Of a stretch of 60,425 bases of DNA, positions 46,200 to 56,191 are shown piece by piece. The first letter of the stretch is position 1, and the number at the start of each line of letters is the position of its first letter. The translations under genes and the position numbers were made by a program. The notes beneath the pieces were generated by a model, which was not told where the DNA came from, ran no database searches, and was given only the letters and a program-made list of their open reading frames with translations. The stretch comes from an uncultured virus (IMG/VR IMGVR_UViG_3300009159_005817) (lineage: Duplodnaviria > Heunggongvirae > Uroviricota > Caudoviricetes). The DNA lies in the IMG/VR virus record IMGVR_UViG_3300009159_005817, positions 62,001 to 122,425 of that record; one strand, given 5' to 3'.

Positions 46200-46880
46200 A
46201 TGAAAGCCACTAAAATTTTTACCGATACTATAAATGGTATTGATTTGTCTATAATTGATGAGGAAAATTCAGAAACTCCTATTTGTGTATTCCGAGAGCT
46301 AAAGGAAGATTTATTCTATGGAATATCTAATTTAGATATTAAACCTGAAGATACTATAATTGATGTAGGTGCAAATACCGGAATCTTTTCAATATATGCA
46401 AAAAAACTATATGGCTGCAAAATAATTGCATTCGAACCAGTTCCTGCAAATTTCGAGAATTTCAAAAAGAATATTGTTTTGAACGGATTTTCCCTAGAAG
46501 ATTTTGAAATACATCAGGTAGCAATAACCGGTAAAGATGGAGATATTATAAACATAGGAACTCCAACAAATAATAGCGGAGCATCTTCCACGTTTATTCA
46601 ATCTGATTCAAGTCATTTTTCTATAGGTTATACATCTGAATGTGTTACCGAAACTTTAGGTAAATATATCAATTCTACCTGTGTTTATTTAAAAATGGAT
46701 TGTGAAGGAGGAGAATATGATATTATTCCGACAATCCTAGACAAGCTGAATTTCTTTAAATGGATTGGTGCCGAAATTCATATATACAATCCTAATCAAG
46801 ATCCAGGAGGATTAATAAACTTGATTAATACAAATTTCAATGGTAAATTATTCTACGGAGTAATTATACCTGGACAATAA
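46200..46880 (+). CDS. FkbM-family methyltransferase
   Basis: IDVGANTG, AFEP, KMDCEGGE, EIH. Confidence 0.9.
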   Translation: MKATKIFTDTINGIDLSIIDEENSETPICVFRELKEDLFYGISNLDIKPEDTIIDVGANTGIFSIYAKKLYGCKIIAFEPVPANFENFKKNIVLNGFSLEDFEIHQVAITGKDGDIINIGTPTNNSGASSTFIQSDSSHFSIGYTSECVTETLGKYINSTCVYLKMDCEGGEYDIIPTILDKLNFFKWIGAEIHIYNPNQDPGGLINLINTNFNGKLFYGVIIPGQ

Positions 46881-46896
46881 TTTAATAAACCTCAAT

Positions 46897-48474
46897 ATGC
46901 CAGAAATTACTGCTCAAAAGACATTAGTTATATATGGATCTCATGATGCATCCGTTACCTTCATAGATAAAAATAATGAACTTCGAGTTTTTGAATATGA
47001 AAGATTTGTTAAACGAAGATATTCTATGCTTTCTTCATCTTTCGATTCTCGAGAATATCTAGGATCTAATGAAGATGAGCGTAAACAATTCTTTACCTTA
47101 ATAAAAGAGAATTTAGCAGATCCAGAAATAACAAATATCTTCTATTTAGAACTAGATGGAAAAGATCTAGATTTCATTCGAGGATTTTTTCCTTTAGCAC
47201 AATTCTCTACATTCCCTCATCATTTAGCACACGCAAATGGAGCTTATCATCTATCCAAATTTGATAATGCTCTAATTTTTTCAGTTGATGGAGGTGGAAT
47301 AGATTACGAAGCAGTAAGTACAATTAATGTTTATCTAGCAAATCACGGAGAGATATCCGGCATACATAAAACATCTATTGATTATGGAAGAGCCTATCAA
47401 TCGATTGGTGATGTGTTATCTGATATAAGGAAAGATTCTACTCATATGACATATGCTGGTAAAATCATGGGTCTGTGTGCATATGGAAAAATTAGAGAAG
47501 AATGGTTACATCATTCAATAGAGTATTTTACGAGCGGTGCCGGTGCTGGATTAGAATCATATATCAGTAATCTTGGTCTTCCTCAAGGAGATCTATCCGG
47601 AAATGATGCATGGGATTTAGCCGCAACGCATCAGAAAGCTTTTGAAATGGTAATGATGGACTTGATAAAGACCTATTATAATGTTTATCCAATGGATATT
47701 GTTTTAACTGGTGGATGTGCTTTAAATGTTTTATTCAATCAAAAAATATCAATGGATATCGCTGCAAGAAATCACTCAGTTTTCGTTCCGCCAAATCCCA
47801 ATGACTGTGGTTTAACTCATGGATGGTTCCTTCATTTATTTCCTGAATATAAAAATCAAGAATCCGTGTATTCCGGCATGCATATCTTAGATGAGCTAGA
47901 ATTAGGAAAATATCTAAACGAATATACTCATGAAGAAGCAACCATTGAAAGGCTAACGGATCTTCTTCTCGAAGGTAAGATTTTAGGATTCATTACAAAC
48001 AATTCAGAAATTGGTCCTAGAGCTTTAGGCAATCGAAGTATTGTTTGTTATCCAGCATTCGAAGGAATGAAGGATACTCTAAACGCAAAGGTTAAATTTA
48101 GAGAATGGTATCGACCTTTTGCACCAGTATGTAAAATGGAAGATATGCATACATTTTTTGATGATGCTATCGAATCTCCATACATGAGTTATGCGCCAAT
48201 AGTTAAAACTGAATACATCAAAGATCTTTCTGCAATCGTTCATGTTGATAATACTGCTAGATTGCAAACCGTAACTTCAGAAAGTCATGAAAGATTTTAC
48301 GATATCTTAACTGAAATAAATTCAAGATCAAAAATACCGGTAATCCTAAATACATCTTTTAACATTAGAGGAAATCCAATCTTAACCACATATGAGGATG
48401 CATTCTATGTATTAGATACCACTCAATTAGATTGTGTCGTTACTGAGAATTACATATTCTATAAAAAATCATAG
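46897..48474 (+). CDS. O-carbamoyltransferase, NodU/CmcH family
   Basis: HDAS, HHLAHA, DGGG, GKIMGL.AYG, GGCALN, EIGPRALGNRS, FRE.YRPFAP, LNTSFN. Confidence 0.95.
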   Translation: MPEITAQKTLVIYGSHDASVTFIDKNNELRVFEYERFVKRRYSMLSSSFDSREYLGSNEDERKQFFTLIKENLADPEITNIFYLELDGKDLDFIRGFFPLAQFSTFPHHLAHANGAYHLSKFDNALIFSVDGGGIDYEAVSTINVYLANHGEISGIHKTSIDYGRAYQSIGDVLSDIRKDSTHMTYAGKIMGLCAYGKIREEWLHHSIEYFTSGAGAGLESYISNLGLPQGDLSGNDAWDLAATHQKAFEMVMMDLIKTYYNVYPMDIVLTGGCALNVLFNQKISMDIAARNHSVFVPPNPNDCGLTHGWFLHLFPEYKNQESVYSGMHILDELELGKYLNEYTHEEATIERLTDLLLEGKILGFITNNSEIGPRALGNRSIVCYPAFEGMKDTLNAKVKFREWYRPFAPVCKMEDMHTFFDDAIESPYMSYAPIVKTEYIKDLSAIVHVDNTARLQTVTSESHERFYDILTEINSRSKIPVILNTSFNIRGNPILTTYEDAFYVLDTTQLDCVVTENYIFYKKS

Positions 48475-48476
48475 CA

Positions 48477-49370
48477 ATGGATTTTGACTTAATACACATA
48501 ACTGAAACAACTGGTGAAAATCCAATTAATCCAATAGATGGAATATATCTGTCATTGAGAAGTGACTTGAAAGATGCTGATATAACAACCATAATACCAT
48601 CAAAGGGTAGACATGGACAATTAAGAGCAACGATCGATTCGTTAAGAGATTCGGTTGCAATTACTTCTGATTATAAGGTGTCTATTATTGTAGTTGAGAT
48701 ATCTGTTAATATGGAACATCTTAATATTTGTAGAGAAAAATCATGTTCATATATTTGGATAAAGGAAAATTCTCCAAGATTCAATAAATGCTTAGCTCAT
48801 AATATAGGCTATTGTTTTTCGGATTCAACGATTTTACATTTTCATGATTCAGATATATTAGTTAATGATTCATTTTACTCGAATATCAAAAATCGTAAAA
48901 TTGATTCTATTAGTGCAGTTCATTGTTTACGAGAAAGATGCGTTAGATCTATGAGCGAAGGAGATGCTAATAGAATTATGGTTGATGGAGCACATATCAA
49001 AGATGTTATTAGCGAAACAAATCCTCCTATGCCAGAAGAATTTCAAAGAAAAGCTCCTGGAGGATCAATAATCGTAGGAAGATCTTTGTTTGAATTAATC
49101 GGTGGTTTTGATTCGCATTTATTCGATGGATATTCCGTAGAAGATCAATTCTTCTGGGATAAACTTTCATCAATCGTAGAAATCCCTTCAATGAATGAAA
49201 ATGATCTAGTACATATTTGGCATGAGGCAGAAAGATCTCATAATAATCAAGATCACATGATTCCGATACAGGCTTTTAAAAATCTAGAAGCTAGGGGAAA
49301 ATACTTTGCCGCGGCCAAGAAACTTCTCTTTAAATTAAAATCTAAGGTGAATGAACTTCAAGGACTTTAA
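48477..49370 (+). CDS. GT2/GT7-like glycosyltransferase
   Basis: IIPSKGR, FNK...N.G, FHDSD, GGFD..F.GY..ED, HIWH. Confidence 0.85.
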   Translation: MDFDLIHITETTGENPINPIDGIYLSLRSDLKDADITTIIPSKGRHGQLRATIDSLRDSVAITSDYKVSIIVVEISVNMEHLNICREKSCSYIWIKENSPRFNKCLAHNIGYCFSDSTILHFHDSDILVNDSFYSNIKNRKIDSISAVHCLRERCVRSMSEGDANRIMVDGAHIKDVISETNPPMPEEFQRKAPGGSIIVGRSLFELIGGFDSHLFDGYSVEDQFFWDKLSSIVEIPSMNENDLVHIWHEAERSHNNQDHMIPIQAFKNLEARGKYFAAAKKLLFKLKSKVNELQGL

Positions 49371-49953
49371 TATTTATTGCATATCACTTAAGCGTAGAGA
49401 AGATCGTAGATCTTCCATCAAAAATCATCTAAATTCTCTAGGAATCGAATTCGAATTTGTGGATGCCATCGATTCACGAGATATTGAAGGAGAATTCACA
49501 ATACCTAAAGGAGCTATCGGTTGTAATTTATCTCATCTAAAAATCTACAAACAGATTATAGGATCCGATAAGCCTGTACTTATTTTAGAAGACGATGTTG
49601 AATTTTCTTCGGATGTTATCGATAAAATAAGAGACATTCAAATCCCTGAAGATTGGGCTCTTCTCTATTTTGGAGGAAATCACAATGAACAAGAATTAGA
49701 TATGATTGATTCTAATCTACATCGTCTAAAGAAAACCTTTACCACTCATTGCTTTGCAATCAATCCTAAAATCATAGCAGAAATAATAGAGAAGTTTTCT
49801 CTCTGTTACGATCGATTTGTTATTGATGAATTTCTAGCATATGAGATACAAACCAAATACCCTTGCTATGGAATTCATCCTCATTTAGCTTGGCAAACTA
49901 CTGGCTTCTCAGATATACAGAATGCTAATGTAGATTATGGCTTTCTAAAGTAA
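49351..49953 (+). CDS. GT25-family glycosyltransferase
   Basis: ISLKRREDRR, DAID, GCNLSH, ILEDD. Confidence 0.92.
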   Translation: MNFKDFNIYCISLKRREDRRSSIKNHLNSLGIEFEFVDAIDSRDIEGEFTIPKGAIGCNLSHLKIYKQIIGSDKPVLILEDDVEFSSDVIDKIRDIQIPEDWALLYFGGNHNEQELDMIDSNLHRLKKTFTTHCFAINPKIIAEIIEKFSLCYDRFVIDEFLAYEIQTKYPCYGIHPHLAWQTTGFSDIQNANVDYGFLK

Positions 49954-49986
49954 TATGTCATTCATATAATTACTAAATCGTAATTA

Positions 49987-50967
49987 ATGAAAAAGGCTCT
50001 TATTACCGGGATCAACGGTCAAGATGGATCTTATCTCGCATCTTTTCTTTTAGATAAAGGGTATGAGGTATGGGGTACTCTTAAACGTAATTCGGTTGCA
50101 GAAAATCAAACCGTTCGTATTGAACATATATTCGACAAATTAAATCTAGAGTATTGTGACGTTACGGATTTAGCTTCGATTATAAGCGTGGTTTCTAAAG
50201 TTCGACCGGATGAAATTTACCATTTGGCAGCGCAATCGCATGTTCGTATCTCATTCGATCAACCTATCTACACAGCAAATGCAACTGGTATTGCATCTCT
50301 AAATATTTTTGAAGCGGTTAGATTGATCGATCCAAAAATCAAAATTTATCAAGCATCATCTTCAGAGATGTTTGGAAATTCAATTGATCCTGATGGATTT
50401 CAACGAGAAACAACTCCGCTAAATCCTGTATCACCTTATGGTTGTGCTAAAGTATTTGCATATAACATTGCAAGAAATTACCGAAACTCATATGGAATGT
50501 TTATCTCTAATGGAATTCTATTTAATCATGAATCTCCTTTTAGAGGAACTAACTTTGTAACCAACAAAGTATGTAAGGAAGCCGTTAAAATTAAAATGGG
50601 ATTATCAAACAAATTAAAATTAGGAAATTTAGATGCATCAAGAGATTGGGGCCACGCAAAAGATTATGTTAAAGCAATGTGGGCGATTCTTCAAAATAAC
50701 AAAGCAGACGATTTCGTTTTTGCTACCGGAATATCACATACAGTTAGAGATCTTGTGGAATATGTATTTGGAAGCCTTGATTTGGACTGGAATCAATACG
50801 TTGAAGTCGATGAAAAATTCCTTCGTCCGGAAGAGTTACATCACCTCAAAGGCGATCCAACGAAAATTCAAAGCATAATTAAATGGGAGAAAGAGTATAC
50901 ATTTGAAACAATGTTAGATGAAATGATCGAGTACTGGGAAAATTATTATTCTCCAAAAAGCTTATAA
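49987..50967 (+). CDS. gmd: GDP-mannose 4,6-dehydratase
   Basis: ITGINGQDGSYL, AAQSHV, QASSSE, SPYGCAK, FNHESP, RDWGHA.DYV. Confidence 0.95.
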   Translation: MKKALITGINGQDGSYLASFLLDKGYEVWGTLKRNSVAENQTVRIEHIFDKLNLEYCDVTDLASIISVVSKVRPDEIYHLAAQSHVRISFDQPIYTANATGIASLNIFEAVRLIDPKIKIYQASSSEMFGNSIDPDGFQRETTPLNPVSPYGCAKVFAYNIARNYRNSYGMFISNGILFNHESPFRGTNFVTNKVCKEAVKIKMGLSNKLKLGNLDASRDWGHAKDYVKAMWAILQNNKADDFVFATGISHTVRDLVEYVFGSLDLDWNQYVEVDEKFLRPEELHHLKGDPTKIQSIIKWEKEYTFETMLDEMIEYWENYYSPKSL

Positions 50968-50987
50968 TAAATATAAATCTAAAAATA

Positions 50988-51212
50988 ATGAGTTTTAATA
51001 AACGATACCTAAGCGAAGATTCTATTAGATCTCATGCAAAATCAAATCCAGATTCATTCCATTGGTTTGAAAGATACATGGTTTATGCCGATGCATATAT
51101 CATTGATACCACTAAAGGAGATTTTGCCGAAAAGATATACGAGAAATTCGGTGAAGGAAATGAAGAAGTAAGAAGAGAAATACACAGACAATTAGTAAAT
51201 GACGAAATATGA
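50988..51212 (+). CDS. hypothetical protein
   Basis: 74-aa ORF. Confidence 0.55.
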   Translation: MSFNKRYLSEDSIRSHAKSNPDSFHWFERYMVYADAYIIDTTKGDFAEKIYEKFGEGNEEVRREIHRQLVNDEI

Positions 51213-51967
51213 AAATAACAAAACCTATCGTATTCTTCGATATCGAATCAACCGGAATTAATACTACCCGTGATCGTATTGTAGAATTACAAATGATTAA
51301 AGTTACTGCCAATGGTGAAGAGGAATGGTATTCTAAATTCAATCCTCATCCAGTAGTAATTTCTGATGAAGCTGCATCTGTTCATGGTATCTCAAATGAA
51401 GATGTTATGGATGCTCCTAAATTCGAAGAACGAGCAAAAGATATTTTAGCCTTTATTGAAGGTTGTGATTTAGCTGGATATAACATTCAGAATTTTGACA
51501 TTCCTATGTTATTCGAAGAATTTTGTAGAGCTAATACTTTATTCGATTGGAAGAAACATCGTCTTCTAGATTCATATGCACTTTGGACTTATTTCGAACC
51601 TCGAACTTTGACTGGTGCAGTTGAACGTTTTCTCGGTGAGAAATTTGAAAATGATAACTCTGCAAAATGGGACGTGGATGCAACTAAACGAGTATTCTTT
51701 AAACAAATGGAAACTTACAAATTTACTGAATCGGATTTCGACGACGTTATTGAAAAATCTAAAAAAGACAATCGAATAGATTTGACCGGTAAATTCGTTA
51801 AGAAAGATAATAACGTATTCTATGGATTTGGTAAATATAATGGAAAATCCGTAATGGAAATTAATAAAGTAGATCCAGGATATCTTGATTGGATTGCCAA
51901 TAAATCTGAGTTATCTATGGATTGTAAAATGATTGCTAAAAAATTAATCACTCACATAAACAAATAA
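51209..51967 (+). CDS. DEDD 3'-5' exonuclease (DnaQ/ExoX-like) with C-terminal FGKY module
   Basis: FFDIESTG, VHGIS, GYN..FD, FGKYNG...DPGYLDW. Confidence 0.88.
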   Translation: MKITKPIVFFDIESTGINTTRDRIVELQMIKVTANGEEEWYSKFNPHPVVISDEAASVHGISNEDVMDAPKFEERAKDILAFIEGCDLAGYNIQNFDIPMLFEEFCRANTLFDWKKHRLLDSYALWTYFEPRTLTGAVERFLGEKFENDNSAKWDVDATKRVFFKQMETYKFTESDFDDVIEKSKKDNRIDLTGKFVKKDNNVFYGFGKYNGKSVMEINKVDPGYLDWIANKSELSMDCKMIAKKLITHINK

Positions 51968-51968
51968 T

Positions 51969-52334
51969 ATGGAAGATATACAATTATCAAAATCCTTTTC
52001 AGATGATGGAAATACTCCTAATGCATCTAAAGCTCTTAGCTCATACTTGAGTATATGGGTTACCAGTGAACCAATTGGAATTAAAATTATTCCTTCAGGT
52101 TGGACCGATCCTAGAATGTATCATGTTCTAGTTGAATGGGGTGATACAAACGAAACGGATTATCATTTTCTAGATGCGGATCAAATCAAAGAACAAATGG
52201 GTATTGATATATCCGAAAATGATTTTGTTTCGTATATAGTAACAAATGATGAGCTATTAGAAAACTCAAATGATTATGACTTAGGATCGAAAATTAGAAG
52301 CACTCTATATAAAAATGATAAAACCGGTAAATAA
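51969..52334 (+). CDS. hypothetical protein
   Basis: 121-aa ORF. Confidence 0.55.
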   Translation: MEDIQLSKSFSDDGNTPNASKALSSYLSIWVTSEPIGIKIIPSGWTDPRMYHVLVEWGDTNETDYHFLDADQIKEQMGIDISENDFVSYIVTNDELLENSNDYDLGSKIRSTLYKNDKTGK

Positions 52335-53388
52335 TATAAGACGTAGCATTGAACTCACTAATCTCTATGATATGGGTGAAAAAATGTGGTGGAAAGATAA
52401 TGACCATATGTTTTCCAATTGGAGACGTAAGAATTTCATAGTAAATGAAAAGGTCTGGAATGATTGGGTAGATAAAAATGTCGATATTGAATGTTGTGAA
52501 TTGAAGACTCGTGATGTCGTAGAGAATTATGCCGGTAGAACTAAAACCGTAAATTCTACAATTTTTACATGTGGAGTTTCTACTCCAAGTGAAGGTGAAA
52601 TCGAAATTGAATATGTTCATCTTCGTTGGGATTTGAAGAGAGGAAACGATGCAGTTAAGAAAATGATTACGGAAATAGAAGATATGTGTATTATACACAA
52701 AGAAAAATCTTCTGTTCAATTGCTAGTTAAAGATAATGGAGATCTTGATCTTCGAGCTTTTGAAATTCATAAACCGAATATCGATCTAAAAATGAATTAT
52801 GATGATGAATGGAATGATAAACATAATTATCTCATGAATCAACTTAACATGAAGGAAAAAAAAGGAATTGTTCTTCTTCATGGACATCCTGGAACTGGAA
52901 AGACAATGTATATTCGACACCTTATTTCTTTGTTATCTGAAAAGAGAACCGTCATATATCTTCCTAATCAGCTAATCGATTCATTAACAGATCCTTCATT
53001 TATTCCTTTGTTATCTGATTATAGTGGATCTATTATAATTATTGAAGATGCCGATGAAGCTATTCGATCTAGAAAAACTGGTGGTGCATCAGTTGATAAA
53101 TTACTTAATCTAGCCGATGGTATACTTTCAGATTTTCTAGGCATTCAATTTATCTGTACATTTAATTGCCCTATTACTACAATCGATGATGCTCTACTTC
53201 GTAAAGGTCGCCTAATCTTCCGACATGAATTTGATAAACTTCCAATCGCGAAAGCTCAGGCATTAAGCGATCATTTAGGTTTTGATACTAAAATTGACAA
53301 AGCCATGACACTTGCCGAAATCTATAATCAAGAGAAGAAATTTAGCGAAGAAGATAAATTAGATAAAAAACGAATAGGCTTTTATTAA
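52315..53388 (+). CDS. AAA+ ATPase
   Basis: GHPGTGKT, IIIED, LLNLADG, DDALLRKGR. Confidence 0.9.
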   Translation: MIKPVNNIRRSIELTNLYDMGEKMWWKDNDHMFSNWRRKNFIVNEKVWNDWVDKNVDIECCELKTRDVVENYAGRTKTVNSTIFTCGVSTPSEGEIEIEYVHLRWDLKRGNDAVKKMITEIEDMCIIHKEKSSVQLLVKDNGDLDLRAFEIHKPNIDLKMNYDDEWNDKHNYLMNQLNMKEKKGIVLLHGHPGTGKTMYIRHLISLLSEKRTVIYLPNQLIDSLTDPSFIPLLSDYSGSIIIIEDADEAIRSRKTGGASVDKLLNLADGILSDFLGIQFICTFNCPITTIDDALLRKGRLIFRHEFDKLPIAKAQALSDHLGFDTKIDKAMTLAEIYNQEKKFSEEDKLDKKRIGFY

Positions 53389-53389
53389 T

Positions 53390-53445
53390 TGTTAATAACT
53401 TTTTGTCAATAAAGTTTTTTATTCCACAAATTTTTATTATATTTG
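53390..53445 (+). promoter_or_regulatory. composite promoter copy 12
   Basis: TGTTAATAAC at 53390, TATATTTG at 53438 (48 bp). Confidence 0.8.
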
Positions 53446-53470
53446 TTATATCAAATTAATTAATACATCT

Positions 53471-53797
53471 ATGGAAAATCAAAAAACTTTTATTGATGGT
53501 AGAATTCCATCTAACCATCCTGATCTAGAAATTCTTGCCAAGAATTGCGAATGTGAAAATTTCTTAAGATCTTCAATGGGAAATTATGAAACTCATAGTT
53601 ACGAAGGACATTACTTCCGAGTAAACTATCTTCGAGATTGGTCAAACGATTCGGTTGAAGGACTTAAAAATTCCTTTGCAAAAACTAACGAACAAACTTC
53701 TGAATATCGTTTCGAATTACTTCATGTATCTGATTGGGAATCCGATGATGATCGATATTGGGAAGCTTCATTTACATTTTTAGCGCATATAAAATAA
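53471..53797 (+). CDS. hypothetical protein
   Basis: 108-aa ORF after promoter. Confidence 0.6.
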   Translation: MENQKTFIDGRIPSNHPDLEILAKNCECENFLRSSMGNYETHSYEGHYFRVNYLRDWSNDSVEGLKNSFAKTNEQTSEYRFELLHVSDWESDDDRYWEASFTFLAHIK

Positions 53798-53800
53798 AAT

Positions 53801-54775
53801 ATGGAAATTCATAAACGAATAGGTTATTGTTGTATTAATCTCGAGCTACAAGGTAGTGAAGGAATTTCTACCAATCGTCACATGATTAAGAAAACGTTTG
53901 AAGCTCAACGTTCAACTCTCGAAGGTGTATCAAAACTTGCTCTTGCAAACGTACAAGATCTAGTAAAAATCATTCAATGGAATGAACGTCGTGGTATCAA
54001 ATTCTTTCGTATGTCTTCTAACATGTTTCCATGGATGTCTGAATATGAATTAACCGATCTACCAAATTGGCCAATTATCGAAAAGACTCTTCTACTTGGT
54101 GGTACTCTTGCAACCAACTATGGTCAACGTTTAGAAATGCATCCCGGCCCTTTTAATGTTCTTGCATCTCTAAATGGTTTTGTTGTAAGAAAAACGGTTA
54201 AAGAACTTAATCAACATTCCGAAATTTACGATGCCATGGGTTTTGTACCATCTCATTGGAATCAAATCAATATTCATCTAAATACAACTCAAGGTGGTAA
54301 AGAAGAATGCGCTAAACGTTTCATCAAAGGATTTGAAAAACTACACCCAAATACTCGAGCTCGATTAGTTATTGAAAACGACGATAAACCTTCTCAATAT
54401 TCAGTAAAAGATCTATACGATCTTTTATATACACAAATCCAAATCCCAATCACCTTTGATTCACACCATCACAAATTTTGTAGTGGTAATCTAACTCACG
54501 AAGAAGCTGCTAAACTTGCCGCTTCAACATGGGGTACCGTTCCTGCCGGTTTTCACTTCTCATCTACAATAAATCACGAATCTCCTGATCAAATGGCTCG
54601 TGCACATGCCGATTGGATTTACGAAGAAATTACTGATTATGGTACTGGTGCATGGATTATGGTTGAAGCAAAGCTAAAAGAACGAGCAATCATAAAATAT
54701 ATGAATGAAGGTATTATGCCTTCAACATATGAAGAAAAATATACTCTCATAAATGAGCAAGAAGTTTTATTATAG
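53801..54775 (+). CDS. uvsE: UV-damage endonuclease (UVDE)
   Basis: IGYCCIN, FFRMSS.MFP, MHPGPFNVL, LVIENDD, FDSHHH, AHAD, MVEAK.KE. Confidence 0.93.
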   Translation: MEIHKRIGYCCINLELQGSEGISTNRHMIKKTFEAQRSTLEGVSKLALANVQDLVKIIQWNERRGIKFFRMSSNMFPWMSEYELTDLPNWPIIEKTLLLGGTLATNYGQRLEMHPGPFNVLASLNGFVVRKTVKELNQHSEIYDAMGFVPSHWNQINIHLNTTQGGKEECAKRFIKGFEKLHPNTRARLVIENDDKPSQYSVKDLYDLLYTQIQIPITFDSHHHKFCSGNLTHEEAAKLAASTWGTVPAGFHFSSTINHESPDQMARAHADWIYEEITDYGTGAWIMVEAKLKERAIIKYMNEGIMPSTYEEKYTLINEQEVLL

Positions 54776-55319
54776 ACGAGGTGAAGTGGAAACTTCTGAA
54801 CCTTGGTTAGTTCCCACTATCGAGAATTTCGATGCTTGGTTAATTGAATGGAAGGATCAAGTAAATCTAGAAGGATTTTCGGTTTATCTTGGTGGATCTT
54901 TTGCTCGACCTTATTGGCAATCTAAAAACGAAGGCGTTGAAAAACCTTTCATTGAAACATGGGACGTTGATATCATCATAACCGGTCCAGAAGATTATAT
55001 GAGACTAAGAGAAATACTTAATTCTGCTTCTAGTATAGGATTCAAACATCATCTGCTTATAGATATTTCATGGGATGATATGCTTTATGATAATCCGGAT
55101 TATCAGAAGAACCCTTCACAAAGGAAAAAAATTCGAACAAATCGAGATGTCCTAAAAATAAGTGAATTTGAAGATTTTTACTGGACTGCTGATAATCTAA
55201 TTCCTTTTGGAGTATCTCATCAAGAAATGTCTGAAGGAGTTTGGCTATATGAAAACATCAGCTCATTCAATCTAGATAAACACTTCGAAAAGAAAAATTA
55301 TACTATACAATTAATATGA
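54753..55319 (+). CDS. minimal nucleotidyltransferase-like protein
   Basis: YLGGSF...TWDVDI...IDI. Confidence 0.6.
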   Translation: MSKKFYYRRGEVETSEPWLVPTIENFDAWLIEWKDQVNLEGFSVYLGGSFARPYWQSKNEGVEKPFIETWDVDIIITGPEDYMRLREILNSASSIGFKHHLLIDISWDDMLYDNPDYQKNPSQRKKIRTNRDVLKISEFEDFYWTADNLIPFGVSHQEMSEGVWLYENISSFNLDKHFEKKNYTIQLI

Positions 55320-55699
55320 TCGTAGAGGACTTATTTTTTGCGGATAAAGGAAATATAGGTCGGATATATTGGATGATCCGACGCACCAACGAGATGGCGG
55401 AAGATAAAAAGCAGGAGATTCGTCAACGATCTATTGCCGACACACTCAATGCAACATTACTTAATGCCATGTATGAACGAGGTAATGTCGCTCAATCTAT
55501 GGATGGCGTTATACAAAGAGGCTGGACGGAAGCTAACAAGCAAATAAATATATTAGAAGATCAAACCATCACACGATCAGAAGTATTTATGATAGGTGAT
55601 CCTTCGACAATTGAAAGAATTACCGAAATTGAAAATTCTGCAGGATTTTTACAATGGATAAATCCCTATTTGATTGATGAAATTAAAAGATTGAACTAA
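55316..55699 (+). CDS. hypothetical protein
   Basis: 127-aa ORF. Confidence 0.55.
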   Translation: MIVEDLFFADKGNIGRIYWMIRRTNEMAEDKKQEIRQRSIADTLNATLLNAMYERGNVAQSMDGVIQRGWTEANKQINILEDQTITRSEVFMIGDPSTIERITEIENSAGFLQWINPYLIDEIKRLN

Positions 55700-56191
55700 A
55701 TGTTACATGAACAAAAAATTGCATTCGTCTCACTAATAGACGATCAATCAAAGGTATTTCCAGATCTTTCTGTTAGGATATGGGATCATCAAAAGTTAAT
55801 TAAGAAACTTCTACGAACCAAAACTTGTATTATAGGCAGAAAAACTTTTGAAATGACTGGTTGGAAAGGACCTAATACTTGGGTTATTACTCGAAAGAAA
55901 AAATTCAAAAGATTTGGTGTAGGTACAATTCATGATTTGAATGATTTGCACCTACACACTGAAGGAACTGTATATGTTCTTGGAGGAAATTCTCTCTTTA
56001 AACAGCTATCTCCTTATCTTGATGAGTTATTCATTTATGTGAATAACCTTGAGGATGGTAAAGATCCATGGATAAAACTCAATATGAAAGAGTGGTCTCC
56101 AATAGATTATAGCAATAAAGGAGCTTGGTCATATGCTCATCTAGAAAAGAAGAGAGGTGAACGAGACTTTATTGAAGATTGGGATTTTTAG
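55700..56191 (+). CDS. dihydrofolate reductase-like protein (divergent N-terminus)
   Basis: IIGRKTFE, VITR, VLGG..LF. Confidence 0.75.
   Translation: MLHEQKIAFVSLIDDQSKVFPDLSVRIWDHQKLIKKLLRTKTCIIGRKTFEMTGWKGPNTWVITRKKKFKRFGVGTIHDLNDLHLHTEGTVYVLGGNSLFKQLSPYLDELFIYVNNLEDGKDPWIKLNMKEWSPIDYSNKGAWSYAHLEKKRGERDFIEDWDF

Noticed and set aside
4928..52719. Short minus-strand ORFs nested in + strand genes (e.g. 11164, 15419, 19106, 32119, 52294)
   Set aside because: Antisense shadows of well-supported genes with no independent motifs
995..53445. Dispersed TGTTAATAAC repeats, or the collagen repeats, as a CRISPR array
   Set aside because: No regular repeat-spacer periodicity and no cas genes; the repeats are dispersed promoter elements or coding
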